Origin: Octopus vulgaris
Lineage: Eukaryota
Reading direction: 5' to 3'
Length of the DNA stretch: 64,000 nucleotides
Assembly (NCBI GenBank): GCA_951406725.2
Contig: OX597838.1
Location: 7,936,001-8,000,000 of the forward strand
A program made the translations under genes and the position numbers. The notes beneath the pieces are model-generated. The model searched no databases and was not told the DNA's origin. It saw nothing but the letters and a program-made list of their open reading frames with translations. How positions within the stretch are numbered: position 1 is the first letter of the stretch; every line of letters starts with the position of its first letter. Positions 58,739 through 64,000 of the stretch are shown in pieces.

Positions 58739-58832
58739 AGGCGGCTAGCCGGCAGAATCGTTAATACGCCGGGTGGAATGTTTAGTGGTACTTCGTCTGT
58801 CTTTACGTTCTTGGTTCGAATTCCACCGAGGA
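58739..58832 (+). mobile_element. Meta-SINE family C head
   Basis: ggcggctagccggcagaatcgttaatacgccggg...ggttcgaattcc. Confidence 0.7.
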
Positions 58833-58862
58833 CTATTATTACTGCTACCGGTAGCTAGCGCC

Positions 58863-58920
58863 AATCGTCGTAAAGTCGATCGGTCGTAAATCGGATAAGC
58901 CGTAAGTCGACGACGACCTG
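58863..58920. mobile_element. Tigger/pogo-like transposon terminus
   Basis: Minus strand TA-CAGGTCGTCGTCGACTTACGG with repeated GA(C/T)TTACG motifs. Confidence 0.55.
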
Positions 58921-59094
58921 TATATTATAATCATGCCTTGGTACTGTGTGACCTGATGTCTCCGTTGACAGGATGTTGATATGAAGGAAAGTGCTAAGTA
59001 CTTGTAGCATAAAAAATAGGCGTCTCTATTTCCATTGTTTTGTATATATACCGATTGACTGCTTACTTCTTTAGGACAGGTAAAATGATGTAAA

Positions 59095-59138
59095 CACCAC
59101 TGATGAGACCCCAATAAGTTTAGAAAATCGATCGAGGT
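59095..59138 (+). ncRNA. Degenerate hammerhead-like motif (family of 11985)
   Basis: acacca-CTGATGA-gaccccaataagttta-GAAA-ATCGATC-gaggt; stem II has decayed. Confidence 0.4.
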
Positions 59139-59350
59139 TGATCATTAACTTTTAAATTTGCCATGTAGCTTTACACACTCACTCACATAAGCACACTCAC
59201 ATGCACGAGCGTGCGCTCTCATACACGCATACACACACGCGCGCGCGCACGCACGCACAAGCACACATGTACGCACACTCTCATACACGCAAATATACAA
59301 AAGACGCACACACTCACACACACAATCTCATACATACATACCCACACACG

Positions 59351-59386
<36 letters not shown>

Positions 59387-59455
59387 AATTAATTCAAAGA
59401 GAGACAAAGAGAACGAGGGAGAGGGGTAAAAGTTAAGAAAGAATGAATTACATAT

Positions 59456-59489
<34 letters not shown>

Positions 59490-59492
59490 GTA

Positions 59493-59532
<40 letters not shown>

Positions 59533-60163
59533 CAGTGGGAGATGGGGTGAGAGAGAGGGGGAGAGATGGAGAAAGAAGGGTGGAGGTAGACTCTGGAGTA
59601 CAACGAGGGAGATAACTATATTGATAGAGTGAGCGCAGTAAGAATGAGGAGAGAATGAACTATAATGATAGAGGGGAGAGAGAGAGAGAAAGGGTGTGAG
59701 AAGGAGTTAGAGAGCGGGGAATGAGGGTGCGATAGAGATAAAGAAGATTAGAAAATAGGAGAGCGAGAGGGGGCGGATGAGCGAGAGAGATGTTTGGCGT
59801 CACATGTCTCCCGTTGCAAGTATTTTGGCCGCTGGCGACAGATTGAGGAACTTTCTAACGAAAGAAGAGAGATTAAGTCAGTGGAATGACAGAACGATGA
59901 CGACGTCGTCATCGTCATCATCATCATCTTCATTATCAACACTACTACCACCACTACCACCGGCTTTATTACCACAATCATCATCATCATCATCTTCATC
60001 ACCCTCGTCCTCATCTCCATTGTTATTATCTCCATGAATATTACTGTCAACATCATCATCACCATCATTCCCCCTCCCTCTCCTCCTCCTCCTCCTCCTC
60101 ATCATCATCATCATTATCATCGTCCTGGTCGTCGTCACCATCATTATCAGCTGTAGCATCATC

Positions 60164-60195
<32 letters not shown>

Positions 60196-60213
60196 CATCA
60201 CCATCATCACCAT

Positions 60214-60245
<32 letters not shown>

Positions 60246-60331
60246 TCATCATCACCATCATCATCATCATCATCATCATCACCATCATCACCATCATCAT
60301 CATCACCACCACCACCATCATCATCATCATC

Positions 60332-60363
<32 letters not shown>

Positions 60364-60413
60364 TCATCCTCATCACCATCATCACCATCATCATCACCAT
60401 CATCACCATCATC

Positions 60414-60445
<32 letters not shown>

Positions 60446-60775
60446 TACCATCATCATCACCATCATCACCATCATCATCACCATCATCACCATCATTTTT
60501 GTTGCTGTTGTTGTTATGGTTATTAGGTTCAATTTACAATATTTATCTCTCAATGACTATTTCCTCTCTGTTTTATTACTTTTTTGTTCGTTTTATTCTT
60601 TTATAGTTATTTTATTTTTGAGAAAAGCGAAAATTTAAAACAAAACATTTCGAGCAACAACAACAACAACAACAACATCGGCACAAATAAAGGTGATCTT
60701 CCATTTTTTTTGTCTCTTGTCCTTTTTATAAAATTGTCCATGTTAAGTATTCAATTTAGATTAAACGACGATAGC

Positions 60776-60808
<33 letters not shown>

Positions 60809-61052
60809 AACAACAACAACAACAATAACAACAACAACAACAAAATAACAACGATGACAACAACAATAACATCGATGACAACAACAATAGTGATGGTTAC
60901 AGCCATAACAATGACAACACCAACGAATGCAACTATGGCAGTCGCAAACAACATAAACAACATAAACAACAAAAACGACATCAAACGCCGCAGCAACAAC
61001 AACAACAGCAGCAACAACAGCAGCAACAACAACAACAACAGCAGCAACAGCA

Positions 61053-61571
61053 CCGCCCTCATCTTGATAGAGCGGTGAACGGGTGTGTCAGGGCTATGCC
61101 GTCGAGAACCTTGGTTCCTGGTAGGGCCACCCAAGGCGGATTGGCCTGGCACCAAGCGGTATGAGGGGCTCTGGTGGTGAAAATCCAGGAGGCGTCGTCA
61201 TCAGGAAACAGCGGCTCCTGGTCGTCCTGGCTGCATCGTGGTGAATCTTCGACAAGCAAGGGCGGTGGGAGATGCGTCCTTCGCAAATGGGGAGAGGACA
61301 GCAGGCTACTTCAACCATGTTCGACCACTACACCTCAGTGCATGATGGGCGTACCTCCTCCCTGACTTCCTACCTAAGCCTGGATGCGCATTCATCCATC
61401 CATCCGTCGGATGCTCTCGGTGTCGGGGGTTGACCTGCTTTCTCTTCTGCGGATCTTACGAATAGCAAAGGACCACGTTTCGGACTTCTCCCAACTACCG
61501 ACAATCCTGAGGCGCCATCTTGCGAGCTCTAGGACGAAGACCGCTTCGCTCAACAAACAAGCAAACAAACA
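61053..61571 (+). mobile_element. Internally deleted RTE-clade element (5'UTR joined to 3' end)
   Basis: RTE/Rex3-like 5' motif gggctatgccgtcg...cctggtagggccaccca, a C-terminal-like LRIAKDH...RR peptide, a (caaa)n tail and a candidate 13-bp TSD agcagcaacagca. Confidence 0.6.
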
Positions 61572-61688
61572 AGCAGCAACAGCAGAAGCAGGATGCATTT
61601 ATGTCCTGCTTCAGGTGTAAACGAGGACAGCAGAAGGAGGAAACCCGTTGTCAGATGCCGTCAACGTTTTCCAGTTCTTCTCATCATA

Positions 61689-61929
61689 TACTCTTTTACT
61701 CTCTTTTACTTGTTTCGGTCATTTCACTGCGGCCATGCTGGAGCACCGCCTTTAGCCGTGCAAATCGACCCCAGGACTTATTCATTATGTAAGCCTAGTA
61801 CTTATTCTATCGGTCTCTTTTGCCGAACCGCTAGGTTACGAGGACATAAACACACCAGCATCGGTTGTCAAGCGATGTTGTGGGGCGGGGACAAACAAAG
61901 ACACACAAACATACACACACACATACATA

Positions 61930-62005
<76 letters not shown>

Positions 62006-62171
62006 TACGACTAACTTCCTTTCGGTTTCCATCTACCAAATCCACTCACAAGGTTTTGGTCGGCCCGAGGCTATAGCAGAAGACACTTGCCCAAGGTGCC
62101 ATGCAGTGGGACTGAACCCCGAACTATGTGGTTGGTAAGCAAACTACTTACCACACAGCCACTCCTGCGCC
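61689..62171 (-). mobile_element. SINE family A, full length
   Basis: Colinear with the other family A copies. Confidence 0.9.
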
Positions 62172-62314
62172 TGGAATATTTTGTTGAAAGATCGAAAGCT
62201 CGTTGAAATTTTGTGCATCACCCTGGGGCCAGCATTCAACAATCAATTATAATAGGAACGCATGCGAAGAGAGAGAAACAAATTCATCTAGATAGACAGA
62301 TAGGTAAATAAATG

Positions 62315-62578
<264 letters not shown>

Positions 62579-63043
62579 TACAGACAGACAGACAGACAGA
62601 CAGATAGACAGACAGACAGACACAGAATGAGAGAGAGAGAGATTAAATACTCAAATTAATATCACAATGTCTAGAAATTGTATTAAGCACACAAGCATGT
62701 GTATATGTGTATGTATGTATGCATACCTGTGTCATTTCATAATTTCGTTAAATATAGACAATATGATAATATACAGAAGCAATTTTTTTCACGCCGAAGT
62801 TTAAACGAAAGGCGAAATAAGCTAATACAGTTATTAATGAAACAAGGGAGGTAAGTAAAACTCGGGAGAGTTAAACTTAACAGATCTTCTACTTTCGTAG
62901 AACACAAGAAATACATAACAGGTTGCATAATTAAATATATAACTGTGGAAAAAAAATCGTTTGCTGGAGAAAAGAGACAATATATCACCTAACGCACGTA
63001 AGAAAGGTGAACGTACACACACATACATACATACATGCATACA

Positions 63044-63343
<300 letters not shown>

Positions 63344-63344
63344 A

Positions 63345-63561
63345 GCTTAGAGAAGGAGAAGAAGAAACGAAACGAAACCAAACGAATCGAATCGAATCGA
63401 CGCGAAGATAGATACAATAGTGTAATAAATAAAATATATGCATACATACAAACATATATGTACGTACCTACATCTACATGTATATATACATGCATATATA
63501 AATATATATACGGGTGTACAGGACACCACAAATAGACGTAGAACTCAACGAGAAACGAAAA
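63345..63561 (+). mobile_element. Single-arm copy of the 19.9-20.4 kb fold-back family
   Basis: Colinear with 19900-20104. Confidence 0.85.
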
Positions 63562-64000
63562 TATATATATATAAATGTTTGTATGTATGTATGTATGTAT
63601 GTATGTATGTATGTATGTATGTATGTATGTATGTATGTATGGATATATGAATAGAGAACCTGCTTTGGCAAAAAAAGTATTCTCAGGGTGAAGTGAACTA
63701 AACTGTAAATTGAATGAAAAAAAAAATTTGCATTATAATTTAGTGTATTAGTAAATGAAAAGAATTATTTTGAAATGTAATAAGTACAGGGTTCTGTTAT
63801 AACAATGACAGCCCAGCAGGATTAACGAGAGAACACTATTTTTGGCATAGAAAGAATGCGCGCGCGTGTGTGAGTGTATTTATCTATTCATAGTGGAAAT
63901 TAAAAACATATATAATAATATAGTGATAATAAATATACAAGATATAATCAAATTTATAAATAATAATAAGAACTACATATATGTATATATATATATATGT

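Overview
AT-rich eukaryotic non-coding DNA (intergenic or intronic), most likely from an octopus (coleoid cephalopod). This assignment is my recognition of the SINE set and the extreme (TA)n/(TAA)n/(GATA)n microsatellite load, not a database result. I found no credible host protein-coding exon; almost all supplied ORFs are translations of microsatellites. The window holds at least five SINE families, a decayed R4/Dong-type RLE LINE next to a TAA repeat, an internally deleted RTE element, mariner, maT(DD37D), hAT and Tigger remnants, a non-autonomous Helitron, a 5S-rRNA-headed retrocopy with a LINE-type tail, a tRNA-Val remnant and many fold-back elements. The strongest unexplained signal is a dispersed set of minimal type-I hammerhead-ribozyme (HHR) motifs: about 8 copies in 4-5 distinct short element families, mostly next to (TA)n. 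It includes a back-to-back double-HHR palindrome at 40.9-41.1 kb and catalytic-core variants (A6U, U4C), suggesting a Penelope-like or retrozyme-like non-autonomous retroelement system. Coordinates were read by eye and may be off by a few bases.
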